64,000 nucleotides of DNA, taken from contig DAOMNQ010000004.1 in NCBI GenBank assembly GCA_035443945.1, positions 2,877-66,876 of the forward strand, in the 5' to 3' direction. Both the position numbers and the translations under genes were made by a program. The DNA is from Phycisphaerales bacterium. GTDB taxonomy: Bacteria > Planctomycetota > Phycisphaerae > Phycisphaerales > UBA1924. Shown piece by piece: positions 1 through 7,862 of this stretch. Position 1 is the stretch's first letter. The number at the start of each line of letters is the position of its first letter. Under the pieces are notes generated by a model. The model searched no databases, was not told the DNA's origin, and was given only the letters and a program-made list of their open reading frames with translations.

Positions 1-261
1 CAGCAGCCGGGGGGCGCCCGGCTGGTTGCTGGTGAAGGACCCGTGCATGACCCGGTTCTTGTGCTTCTTGAACGCCTCGGCGCCGCCGGCGGCCTCGACG
101 TGACGCTCGAAGAGCGACTTGGCCGACGGCAGCGCTTCGCCGGCCGGCTGCCCCTGGGCCTGGGCCAAGGCCGGGGCGACCCCGAGCGGGGCGATCGCGG
201 CGGCGAGCGACAGGGCGCAGACTAAAACGAACGGAGCGAACATGCGACGCCAGGCGTTCAT
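1..261 (-). CDS. secreted hypothetical protein, N-terminal part (3' end lies outside window)
   Basis: Hand translation of the minus strand from ATG at 261 gives MNAWRRMFAPFVLVCALSLAAAIAPLGVAPALAQAQGQ... This has a basic n-region, a hydrophobic core and an AxA site, i.e. a signal peptide. GAGGAG (complement of 269-274) lies 7 nt upstream. The frame stays open to position 1. It is absent from the ORF track because no stop falls in the window. Confidence 0.45.
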   Translation of the reverse strand, partial: MNAWRRMFAPFVLVCALSLAAAIAPLGVAPALAQAQGQPAGEALPSAKSLFERHVEAAGGAEAFKKHKNRVMHGSFTSNQPGAPRLL

Positions 262-352
262 TCGAGACTCCTCGGCGCGGACGCGCCCCGGGAGTCAACC
301 GCCGACGGGACGCGGGGTTGCGATCTCCCGCCCGACGGCCCGACCCCCTCAA

Positions 353-426
353 TACGCCCGCCGCGACTCGAACGCGGAACCTCTGCCTTCGGAGGGCAGC
401 GCTCTATCCAATTGAGCTACGGGCGC
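353..426 (-). tRNA. tRNA-Arg (anticodon CCG)
   Basis: The reverse complement reads GCGCCCG TA GCTC AATTGGATA GAGC G CTGCC CTCCGAA GGCAG AGGTT CCGCG TTCGAGT CGCGG CGGGCGT A. This is a 74-nt cloverleaf with a 7-bp acceptor stem (G1-U72), a TTCGAGT T-loop and anticodon loop CU-CCG-AA. No CCA is encoded. Confidence 0.85.
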
Positions 427-515
427 ATCCATGGGGCACGAACGAACGCCCCGCACCCGGCATGGTACGATCACCCGCCCCACGCGGCAACAACGCACCG
501 ATTGTCCGCCAACAC

Positions 516-1820
516 ATGCACCCCTCCGCCACGCCGACCAACTCCGGCCGAACGCCCGTCTGCGCGCCCCTCTCGGCGGTGCTTGGGGTGACGTTCGTCA
601 ACAGCCTCGGCACGGGCATCGTCACGAACGGCGTCTTCTTCGTGGCGCGCGAGGGCTACGGCTTCGGTGCGGGGTCGAACTACGGACTGGGCCTCCTCCT
701 AGGCCTGTTCTACGTCGGCGGGGCGCTCGGGGTCAGCCCGCTTCTGTTCCGGCTCGCGGCGCGCCACAAGGCCGTCAGCACTCGCGCCGTGCTCGTCTGC
801 GTGACCGCCTCGCTGGGCGTGCTGTGCTTCCTGCCCGTGCTCGCCGACCGCTTCGACGCCGGCTCCTGGGTCATCTGGGTCTTCACCGGCTGCTACAGCG
901 CGCTCTCGGGGTCGCTCTGGCCGATGATCGAGAGTTACCTGAGCGGGGGCCGACGCGACAAGCCGCTCCGTTCCGCCCTCGGGCGGTTCAACGTCGTGTG
1001 GGGGGTCGCCGTGGTTGTCGCGTTTTGGATGATGGCCCCGCTGGTGAAGCCCTGGCCGCTGGGCATTATCGCGATTCTGGGCGTGCTGCATGTTGCCACG
1101 GCTGGGATCAGTTGGACGCTCGGCGCGGAGCCTGGCCGCCACATGGAGAGCCGCTGCGAGCCTCACTCGCCGGTCTATCGCTCCCTGCTGGGCGTCCTTC
1201 GCATCCTGCTCCCGACCAGTTACTTCATCGCCGCGGCGTGGCAGCCGTTCGCGCCGACTGCGGTCGAACGCATCGGCGTCGCCGTGGCATGGCAGACGCC
1301 ACTGGTCGCGACCTGGATGGCCAGCCGGGTTCTGGTCTTTTTCGTCATGGAACGGTGGCACGGCTGGCACGGTCGATGGGGAACACCGCTGGCGGGGGCG
1401 TTCCTGCTCGGCATCGGGTTCGCGGCCAGCGTTCTCGCTCCGCTCGCCGGGGAGGGCACCCCCGGGTTGGGCGCGATGATCGCGGGGCTGTCCACGCTGG
1501 GACTGGGCATGGGGATCATCTATTCCGCAGCCCTCTATTACGCGATGGAGGTCGGCGAGGCGGCGGTCTCCGCGGGCGGGAAGCACGAGGCTCTGATCGG
1601 CCTGGGTTTCACTCTCGGGCCGGTGTGCGGGCTTGCGGGAACCGTGGGCGTCGAGTCCGGCCTGCTTCGCGGCATGCCGGTGGAGGTGGCGGTGCTGTCG
1701 GCTGTGGGACTGGTGCTGGTTTCGGTCGGCGTGGTCGTCTGCCGGCTGGTTGTCCGGGGCGTGAGGGCGAATGCGGCAAACCTCCCAAACGGGGCAACCG
1801 TACAAGGGGATGACCGATAG
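516..1820 (+). CDS. multi-pass membrane transporter, MFS-like
   Basis: About 434 aa, very hydrophobic, with roughly 12 predicted helices (LGVTFVNSLGTGIVTNGVFFVA..., GLSTLGLGMGIIYSAALYYAMEV...). The track ORF 318..1820 overlaps the tRNA, so I start at ATG 516. The family assignment is by architecture only. Confidence 0.5.
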   Translation: MHPSATPTNSGRTPVCAPLSAVLGVTFVNSLGTGIVTNGVFFVAREGYGFGAGSNYGLGLLLGLFYVGGALGVSPLLFRLAARHKAVSTRAVLVCVTASLGVLCFLPVLADRFDAGSWVIWVFTGCYSALSGSLWPMIESYLSGGRRDKPLRSALGRFNVVWGVAVVVAFWMMAPLVKPWPLGIIAILGVLHVATAGISWTLGAEPGRHMESRCEPHSPVYRSLLGVLRILLPTSYFIAAAWQPFAPTAVERIGVAVAWQTPLVATWMASRVLVFFVMERWHGWHGRWGTPLAGAFLLGIGFAASVLAPLAGEGTPGLGAMIAGLSTLGLGMGIIYSAALYYAMEVGEAAVSAGGKHEALIGLGFTLGPVCGLAGTVGVESGLLRGMPVEVAVLSAVGLVLVSVGVVVCRLVVRGVRANAANLPNGATVQGDDR

Positions 1821-1927
1821 CATGGGGCGGCGGCCTGAGAGGGCGGCCCCCGCTGAACCGTCCCGAGCGGCGGGTCGATCTGGACGCGGCCGGACGCCGA
1901 AGGGGCGAATCTGGCCGATAACGCCGA

Positions 1928-4237
1928 GTGTGTGGAGCAACCATGAGCATCAGAGGCATGTCGGGCTGGCTGGCCGCGGGACTCGCCCTCGTTCTCACCG
2001 GCACGCTCTTCCCGACGCCCGTCGCGTTTGCGCAGCAGCAGCACACGCTTGCGGAGTCCCGCGCGACCGCGATTGACGACGCTTGGTCAGCGCGTGTGTG
2101 GGCACAGGCACGCGAGAAGGGCGAGGGCGCCCTGCTCGGCCTGGTCTCGGACATTCCGGCTGAGGGCGTCGAAGAGCCGATCGCCCGGCTTCGCGACTCG
2201 TTCGAACTCTTCGAGGCGAATCTCGGAAAGCGGAACGCGGAGCGCGTCGCGCGGATCGAGGCGGTCCGGTCGGAGATCGAGGCGGCGATCCGGCCCGCGG
2301 AGGGCGTTCCGACCGACCTGGACCTGAGCAAGGCGATGCGTCTTGCGGCGGAGTGGCAGATGCTGGTGGGCGACGCCGCGGCCGTGGTGCGTGAGCCGAT
2401 CGTCGCGGACCTGATTTCGATGGCGGCATCGGCCGCGCAGGGCGCGGAGGCCCGCGCCGACTGGCTCGTCTCCAGCGAGTTGTTCCACCGCCTCAACGTG
2501 CTGACCGAGGAGGTGGACGGGCGCTATTTGTCCGATCTTGACCGCCAGAACGACCGGCTGGCGATGATCCGTCTCTATGTCCCTGAGAAGTTGTGGGATC
2601 TCCGCAACGCGCGCCGCCTGATGGAACTGGACACGCCGCTACCCCCCTACAACGCGACGGCGGACGGCTGGTCGCAGAAACTGAACGGAATCAGCCGGTA
2701 CCTCGTGATCCGCGCCCTGCTCAAGGCTGCGCAATCGAACGTTGAAGGCGTCACGACGTCATCGCTGCTCGACGGCGGGCTTGAAGCCGTCCGAACCCTG
2801 GCCACGACGGAGTGCCTGAGCGACGCCTTCCCCGGCATCGCCGACCCGACGGCTCGCGAGGCGATGGTGAAGTTCGTCGACCAGACGCGAGTCGAACTGC
2901 GTCAGAGCAATCGTGCGCTCGGGGTCCGAGACATCACCGCGCTCATCGAGTCCCTGCTCTCGACAAACCAGTTGTCCGTGCGGATCCCGGAGGAGGCGCT
3001 GCTCCACGAGTTCGGCAACGGGGCGATGGGCCGGCTGGATGAGTACTCATCCATCATCTGGCCCGACGAGGTCCGCCGATTCCAGCGCAACACTCGCGGC
3101 TCGTTCGTCGGCATCGGCGTGCAGATCCACCTCGACGAGGCGCAGCGCCTCGCCGTCGTGACCCCGCTCGAGGGCACCCCCGCGCAACGGGCCGGCATCC
3201 GCGCGGGCGACGTCATCAGCAAGGTGGACGGCGTCTCGACCGTGGGGTTCTCGCTCGATCAGGCGGTGGACGTCATCACCGGTCCTCGCGGCACGAAGGT
3301 GACGCTCACCATCGAACGCGAGGCCGACGACCAGACGCAGGAGATCGAGTTCGTCATCACCCGCGACGTCATCGACGTGAAGAGCGTCAAGGGGTGGAAG
3401 CGGGGCGAGCGGGAGGACGACTGGGAGTGGTTCATCGACCGCGAGGCCGGGATCGGCTACGTTCGGCTCACGCAGTTCCAGGAGAACACGACGGCGGAAC
3501 TCGAGCGTGCCATCGTGCGGATGCGCGCCGACGGACTGCGCGGCCTCATCCTTGATCTGCGATTCAACCCCGGCGGGCTTCTGAACGAGGCGGTGGGCGT
3601 CGCGAGCCAGTTCATCGAGACGGGGCGAGTCGTCACCACCGAGGCCGCCGACGGCTCGGTCGCCGGGGTCGAGACCGCGCTGGGCGGCGCGACGCTCTCG
3701 GACATCCCTGTTGTGGTGCTCATCAACGAAGGCTCGGCCTCGGCCAGCGAGATCGTCGCCGGCGCGATCCAGGACTACGCCCGCGCCGGCACGATCGACG
3801 CCATGGTGGTCGGTGAGCGCTCTTTCGGCAAGGGAAGCGTCCAGAACGTCTGGCCGCTGCCGGTTCAGGCGGACGCGATGCTCAAACTGACCACGCAGTA
3901 CTACAAACTCCCGGCCGGTCGCCTTATCCACCGGCAGCGCCATCCCGGCGAGACGCGGTGGGGAATCGAACCGGACGTTACCGTGTCCATGCTCCCCTCA
4001 CAGATCGAGGCCTCGCTCCTCCTCCGCCAGAAGGCCGACCTGCTGGTACTCGACGAGAACGGCGCGGCCAAGCGTGACGACGCCGAGCCGCCTCCGGACC
4101 CTGACGACCTCCTCGCTGAGGGCATCGACCTCCAGCTCAACACCGCACTGGTTCTCCTTCAGAGCCGCACCCTGGCGCCGACCTCCTCGCGGACCACGAT
4201 GAAGCAGGTGGGCGAGCCGACCTCGGCCGTGCGCTGA
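1928..4237 (+). CDS. ctpA: S41 family C-terminal processing peptidase with PDZ domain
   Basis: PDZ segment GIGVQIHLDEAQRLAVVTPLEGTPAQRAGIRAGDVISKVDG. S41 core motifs LILDLRFNPGGLLNEAV, VVLINEGSASASEIVAGAIQD and GERSFGKGSVQ. N-terminal signal-like MSIRGMSGWLAAGLALVL, so an alternative start at 1943 is possible. Confidence 0.85.
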   Translation: MCGATMSIRGMSGWLAAGLALVLTGTLFPTPVAFAQQQHTLAESRATAIDDAWSARVWAQAREKGEGALLGLVSDIPAEGVEEPIARLRDSFELFEANLGKRNAERVARIEAVRSEIEAAIRPAEGVPTDLDLSKAMRLAAEWQMLVGDAAAVVREPIVADLISMAASAAQGAEARADWLVSSELFHRLNVLTEEVDGRYLSDLDRQNDRLAMIRLYVPEKLWDLRNARRLMELDTPLPPYNATADGWSQKLNGISRYLVIRALLKAAQSNVEGVTTSSLLDGGLEAVRTLATTECLSDAFPGIADPTAREAMVKFVDQTRVELRQSNRALGVRDITALIESLLSTNQLSVRIPEEALLHEFGNGAMGRLDEYSSIIWPDEVRRFQRNTRGSFVGIGVQIHLDEAQRLAVVTPLEGTPAQRAGIRAGDVISKVDGVSTVGFSLDQAVDVITGPRGTKVTLTIEREADDQTQEIEFVITRDVIDVKSVKGWKRGEREDDWEWFIDREAGIGYVRLTQFQENTTAELERAIVRMRADGLRGLILDLRFNPGGLLNEAVGVASQFIETGRVVTTEAADGSVAGVETALGGATLSDIPVVVLINEGSASASEIVAGAIQDYARAGTIDAMVVGERSFGKGSVQNVWPLPVQADAMLKLTTQYYKLPAGRLIHRQRHPGETRWGIEPDVTVSMLPSQIEASLLLRQKADLLVLDENGAAKRDDAEPPPDPDDLLAEGIDLQLNTALVLLQSRTLAPTSSRTTMKQVGEPTSAVR

Positions 4238-4355
4238 GGCAACACCGCGGCACTTCCCCTCAACGGCACCCACCCGGCTGTTCGTTGTCGGGTCGGGTGA
4301 GCTTCCCTACACTTGGCCGGCGAGTTCCTCGCACCCCGAACCAGGACGGGCTACG

Positions 4356-5477
4356 ATGTCCCAGACTTCTGAGAAAACCCCGCGCGCACACACGAAGGGC
4401 GGCCGTCCGTCGGATGCACTTCCCGACAAGACGGTGGTGAAGTGGCTGCACGACATGCAGTTGATCCGGGAGTTCGAGACCCGCACGATGCAGGCCTATC
4501 AGCAGGCCAGGATCGGCGGCTTCTGCCACATCTACTCGGGGCAGGAGGCCTGCGCCGTCGGAACGATCGCGGCTGTCGAGCGTGACGACCCCGTCATCCT
4601 GGCCTACCGCGACCACGGGCACGCCCTCGCACGCGGCATGGACCCGAAGGTCTGCATGGCGGAGATGTTCGGGAAGCAGGCGGGCTGCGCCAAGGGCAAG
4701 GGCGGCTCGATGCACATGTTCGACAAGCCGAACTGGCTGTTCGGCGGCCACGGCATCGTCGGCGCTCAGACGCCTCTGGGGGCGGGCCTCGCTTTCGCCG
4801 CACGCTACGAGTGGGAGGTGCTCGAGACGGGGAAGAAGAAGGTGTGCCTCTGCTACCTGGGTGACGGGGCGATCGACCAGGGGGCGTTCCACGAGGCGCT
4901 CAACCTCGCTTCGCTGTTCGGGCTGCCGGTCATTTACGTGATCGAGAACAACGGTTACTCGATGGGCACGGCCATTCACAGGCACACCGCCAATCACGAC
5001 CGCCTCACCATGCGCGGCGAGTCGTACGGCATCAAGAGTGTGGAGATCGACGGGTTCGACGTGCTGAACGTCTACGACCGGTTCCAGCCGCTCGCCGACG
5101 AGTGCCGAGACCTTCAGCGTCCGGCGTTCGTGGACTTGAAGACCTACCGCTACATGGGCCACTCGATGTCGGACCCGCAGAAGTACCGGACGAAGGAGGA
5201 GGTGGACGAGTGGAAGGAGCGCGATTCGATCGCTGCGCTGGCCTCACACCTGATGCGGAGCAAGGACGACGGGGGGCGGGCGTGCCTGACCGAGGACGAG
5301 TGGAAGGAGATGCAGCGCTCGATCCGCGAGGTTGTGAAGGAGGCGGTGGAGTTCGCGGAGTCGGCGGCGGCGCCGGACATTGAGTCCGAACTCTACAGCG
5401 ACGTGTTCATCAACCCCCTGCCGCAGTCCAGCCCGATCCGTGACTACGTCCACGGGGAGAAGAACCCGCTGCTGTAG
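4356..5477 (+). CDS. pdhA: pyruvate dehydrogenase E1 component, alpha subunit
   Basis: YRDHGHALARGMDPKVCMAEMFGKQAGCAKGKGGSMHMF, GGHGIVGAQTPLGAG and the GDGAIDQGAFHEALNLA TPP-binding motif. Followed by E1-beta and E2 genes. Confidence 0.92.
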   Translation: MSQTSEKTPRAHTKGGRPSDALPDKTVVKWLHDMQLIREFETRTMQAYQQARIGGFCHIYSGQEACAVGTIAAVERDDPVILAYRDHGHALARGMDPKVCMAEMFGKQAGCAKGKGGSMHMFDKPNWLFGGHGIVGAQTPLGAGLAFAARYEWEVLETGKKKVCLCYLGDGAIDQGAFHEALNLASLFGLPVIYVIENNGYSMGTAIHRHTANHDRLTMRGESYGIKSVEIDGFDVLNVYDRFQPLADECRDLQRPAFVDLKTYRYMGHSMSDPQKYRTKEEVDEWKERDSIAALASHLMRSKDDGGRACLTEDEWKEMQRSIREVVKEAVEFAESAAAPDIESELYSDVFINPLPQSSPIRDYVHGEKNPLL

Positions 5478-5513
5478 CACATTTGATGCCGAGACTCACC
5501 ACGAGGTTGCGAT

Positions 5514-5777
5514 ATGCCGGAGTGGCCGAACTGGTGGTCATGGGATCTGGAGTTCACGCCGCATGTACTCAAACGCATGATCGACCGCCAGTTCAGCGAC
5601 ACGGACTTGCGAGACATGATCGAGTCCACCACAGCCATCAGGATGGCCGAGGAATCAGGCCGATGGATTGCGGAGACAAAGTTCGAAGGCATGGACTGGA
5701 ATGTCGTTCTGGAACCCATCGATGACGAGCGACTCCTCCTTGTGATCACTGCGTATCGGGTGGAGCACACCGACTGA
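5514..5777 (+). CDS. DUF4258 domain protein (toxin-like partner of a putative type II TA pair)
   Basis: 87 aa with FTPHVLKRMIDRQFSDTDLRDMI ... LLLVITAYRVE, the H-x3-RM-x2-R ... VITAYR pattern I associate with DUF4258. GAGG lies 8 nt upstream of the ATG. Visibly lower GC than its neighbours. Confidence 0.7.
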   Translation: MPEWPNWWSWDLEFTPHVLKRMIDRQFSDTDLRDMIESTTAIRMAEESGRWIAETKFEGMDWNVVLEPIDDERLLLVITAYRVEHTD

Positions 5778-5786
5778 GGGCCGACA

Positions 5787-6053
5787 ATGAAGGCTAGATA
5801 CCTTGAAATCACGTTCCGGAAAGGGAAACCGATCGCGGCGTACTTCTATCTCCCACGAATGGAGGGCGACCGCAGCGCCAGGACAACCTCGCTCGGTGAT
5901 GGCCTCCTCGCGGACTTCAGCGCCGACGGACGGCCAATCGGCATCGAGATCACGTCTCCGTCCAGCACAACCGTTGAGACATTGAACCGGGCGCTCGCGG
6001 CCCTAAGCCAATCACCCGTCAGCGGTGCCGAGATCGCCCCACTGGCCGCCTGA
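5787..6053 (+). CDS. DUF2283 domain protein (antitoxin-like partner)
   Basis: 88 aa with MKARYLEITFRKGKPIAAYFYL ... LLADFSADGRPIGIEITSPS, the typical DUF2283 core. It starts 10 nt after the DUF4258 stop, with GAGGG 7 nt upstream. Confidence 0.7.
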   Translation: MKARYLEITFRKGKPIAAYFYLPRMEGDRSARTTSLGDGLLADFSADGRPIGIEITSPSSTTVETLNRALAALSQSPVSGAEIAPLAA

Positions 6054-6273
6054 ACCGCCCTGGGCGGCGAGTCCCCGAGGGGTAGATGGGTTTCTTGAAC
6101 GAAGGCCGAAGCGTCGGAACGCACCGCGAAGTAGATACCCACGTGAGCCTGATCCGATTGCCCGATGTACCCCACGGCCGTGAGGCCCTCAACGACCTGT
6201 TGATCCGCATCCGGAAGTGTGACTGGAAGCCCGTACCTTCGTGTGCTGTTCTCTTGACCTCGGAGCGTCCCGC

Positions 6274-7362
6274 ATGACCACCGCCACCGCACCCCTTCCC
6301 CCCAGCGCACGCCTTGTCGAGCATCCCGCGCTGCCCGGCGGGTTCGCCGTGCCGGACTTTGACGCGGAACTCCCGGCGCGAGAGGGCGACCGCGTCATCC
6401 AGTTCCGCGAGGCCCTGCGCGAGGCCATGTCGGAAGAGATGCGCCGCGATCCTCGCGTCTTCCTCATGGGCGAGGAGGTCGCGGAGTACAACGGCGCGTA
6501 CAAGGTTTCCCAGGGCATGCTGGACGAGTTCGGCCCGAAGCGCATCATCGACACGCCCATCTCCGAGAACGGGTTCGCGGGCCTGGGCATCGCCGCCGCC
6601 ATGTACGGTCTGCGCCCCATTATCGAGTTCATGTCGTGGTCCTTCAGCCTTGTGGCCGCGGACCAGATTCTGAACAACGCCCCGAAGATGCTGTACATGT
6701 CCGGCGGCCAATGGGGCTGCCCGGTCGTGTTTCGGGGCAACAACGGGGCGGGAGGGCAGCTCGGCTCGACCCATTCCTGGTGCGTCGAGGGCCTGTATGC
6801 CAACGTGCCGGGGATGAAGATCGCTGTCCCCAGCAACCCGTACGATGCCAAGGGGATGCTCAAGACCGCGATCCTCGACCCCGATCCGGTCTTCTTCCTT
6901 GAGTCGGAGCGTATGCTCGGGGACAAGGCGCACGTGCCGGAGGAGGAGTACTACATCCCGTTCGGCCGCGCCCGACTGGCCCGCGAGGGCGACGCCTGCA
7001 CGCTCGTCTCATTCGGGCGGCCGGTGAACTTCTGCCTTGAGGCCGCTGAGACGCTCGCCGCCGAGGGCGTCGAGTGCGACGTGCTCGACATGCGGACTGT
7101 CCGGCCGCTCGACCTTGAGTCCGTCGTCCGCAGCCTGCGCAGGACGAACCGGGTCGTCGTGGTGGACCAGTCGTGGCCCTTCGGCGGCGTGGCGAGCGAG
7201 GTCATCGCCCAGATCACGGAGAAGGCGTTCGACTGGCTCGATGCTCCCCCCGCCCGGGTGAACACCGACGACGTGCCGACGCCGTACGCGAAGAGCATGG
7301 AGGCGGCGTACCTGCCGAACGCGGAGAAGATTGCGGCGGCGGTAAAGAGGACACTGGCGTGA
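6274..7362 (+). CDS. pdhB: pyruvate dehydrogenase E1 component, beta subunit
   Basis: VIQFREALREAMSEEMRRDPRVFLMGEEVAEYNGAYKVSQGMLDEFGPKRIIDTPISENGFAGLGIAAAMYGLRPIIEFM, the classical E1-beta sequence. The start is uncertain: in-frame candidates are 6241, ATG 6274 and GTG 6349. Confidence 0.9.
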   Translation: MTTATAPLPPSARLVEHPALPGGFAVPDFDAELPAREGDRVIQFREALREAMSEEMRRDPRVFLMGEEVAEYNGAYKVSQGMLDEFGPKRIIDTPISENGFAGLGIAAAMYGLRPIIEFMSWSFSLVAADQILNNAPKMLYMSGGQWGCPVVFRGNNGAGGQLGSTHSWCVEGLYANVPGMKIAVPSNPYDAKGMLKTAILDPDPVFFLESERMLGDKAHVPEEEYYIPFGRARLAREGDACTLVSFGRPVNFCLEAAETLAAEGVECDVLDMRTVRPLDLESVVRSLRRTNRVVVVDQSWPFGGVASEVIAQITEKAFDWLDAPPARVNTDDVPTPYAKSMEAAYLPNAEKIAAAVKRTLA

Positions 7363-7796
7363 CTCATAGAGCAGCAGAGCAGCAGAGCGGAGAAGCAGCA
7401 GAGGCGTGCCGGGGCGCACCTGTCGCCAGGCGGTCGCGGCTCGATCCCGCCCTCATCGCCCGTGTTGAGGCCTTCTCGCATCGCGTCGCGGACGTCGCCG
7501 CGGCCCTCGATCATGACAGGCGACCTCGCCGGATCATCGACCAGGTGCTCGCCTCCGGCACATCCGTCGCTGCGAACGTATTTGAAGCGGACGAAGCCCT
7601 CAGCCGTGCCGACTTCTGCAAGACCCTTGGCATCGCCGTGAAGGAACTAAGCGAAACCCGTTACTGGATCAGGTTCACTGGCGCACGCGGCTGGATTGTC
7701 CCTGAACGGCTGGTCGGACTGGAAGACGAGTCCACCCGGTTGGGGCGTATCCTTGGGGCGATGAGCGCCCGCGTGCGCCGCAAGGACCGCACCTGA
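7359..7796 (+). CDS. four-helix-bundle protein (23S rRNA intervening-sequence protein family, TIGR02436/PF05635-like)
   Basis: IIDQVLASGTSVAANVFEADEALSRADFCKTLGIAVKELSETRYWIRF matches the family core (Q.L.S.TS..AN..EA....S..DF..K..IA.KE..ET.YW). The only canonical in-frame start after pdhB is GTG 7359, which overlaps the pdhB stop (GTGA). Confidence 0.7.
   Translation: MTHRAAEQQSGEAAEACRGAPVARRSRLDPALIARVEAFSHRVADVAAALDHDRRPRRIIDQVLASGTSVAANVFEADEALSRADFCKTLGIAVKELSETRYWIRFTGARGWIVPERLVGLEDESTRLGRILGAMSARVRRKDRT
7366..7405. repeat. 5' arm of inverted repeat: five tandem octamers, consensus GCAGAGCA
   Basis: Read directly from the sequence: ATAGAGCA GCAGAGCA GCAGAGCG GAGAAGCA GCAGAGGC. Confidence 0.85.
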
Positions 7797-7813
7797 ACCG
7801 GATTCGGCTCCAC

Positions 7814-7854
7814 CATCTGCTGCTCTGCTGCTTTGCTGATCTGCTGCTCTGAGG
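7814..7854. repeat. 3' arm of inverted repeat: five tandem octamers, consensus GCTCTGCT (complement of the 5' arm)
   Basis: Read directly from the sequence: CATCTGCT GCTCTGCT GCTTTGCT GATCTGCT GCTCTGAG G. Aligned by hand against the 5' arm, about 30 of 37 positions are complementary, with the outermost positions pairing. The arm ends 8 nt before the pdhC ATG. Confidence 0.85.
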
Positions 7855-7862
7855 CCCCTCCC

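Noticed and set aside
353-426. tRNA-associated genomic island at either tRNA (353..426 and 19929..20001)
   Set aside because: There is no integrase or recombinase gene next to either tRNA. I saw no direct repeat of a tRNA 3' end downstream. The flanking genes have host-like composition.
4267-4299. Possible terminator hairpin after the S41 peptidase gene (CACCCACCCG ... CGGGTCGGGTG)
   Set aside because: The stem needs a bulge, the loop is 12 nt and there is no U-tract. It is too weak to list as a feature.
7359-7796. Diversity-generating retroelement (the four-helix-bundle protein is in the same fold family as DGR Avd)
   Set aside because: There is no reverse transcriptase ORF (no YxDD-type motif seen in any frame nearby). 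There is no template/variable repeat pair with adenine-specific differences in the window. The flanks are pdhB and pdhC.
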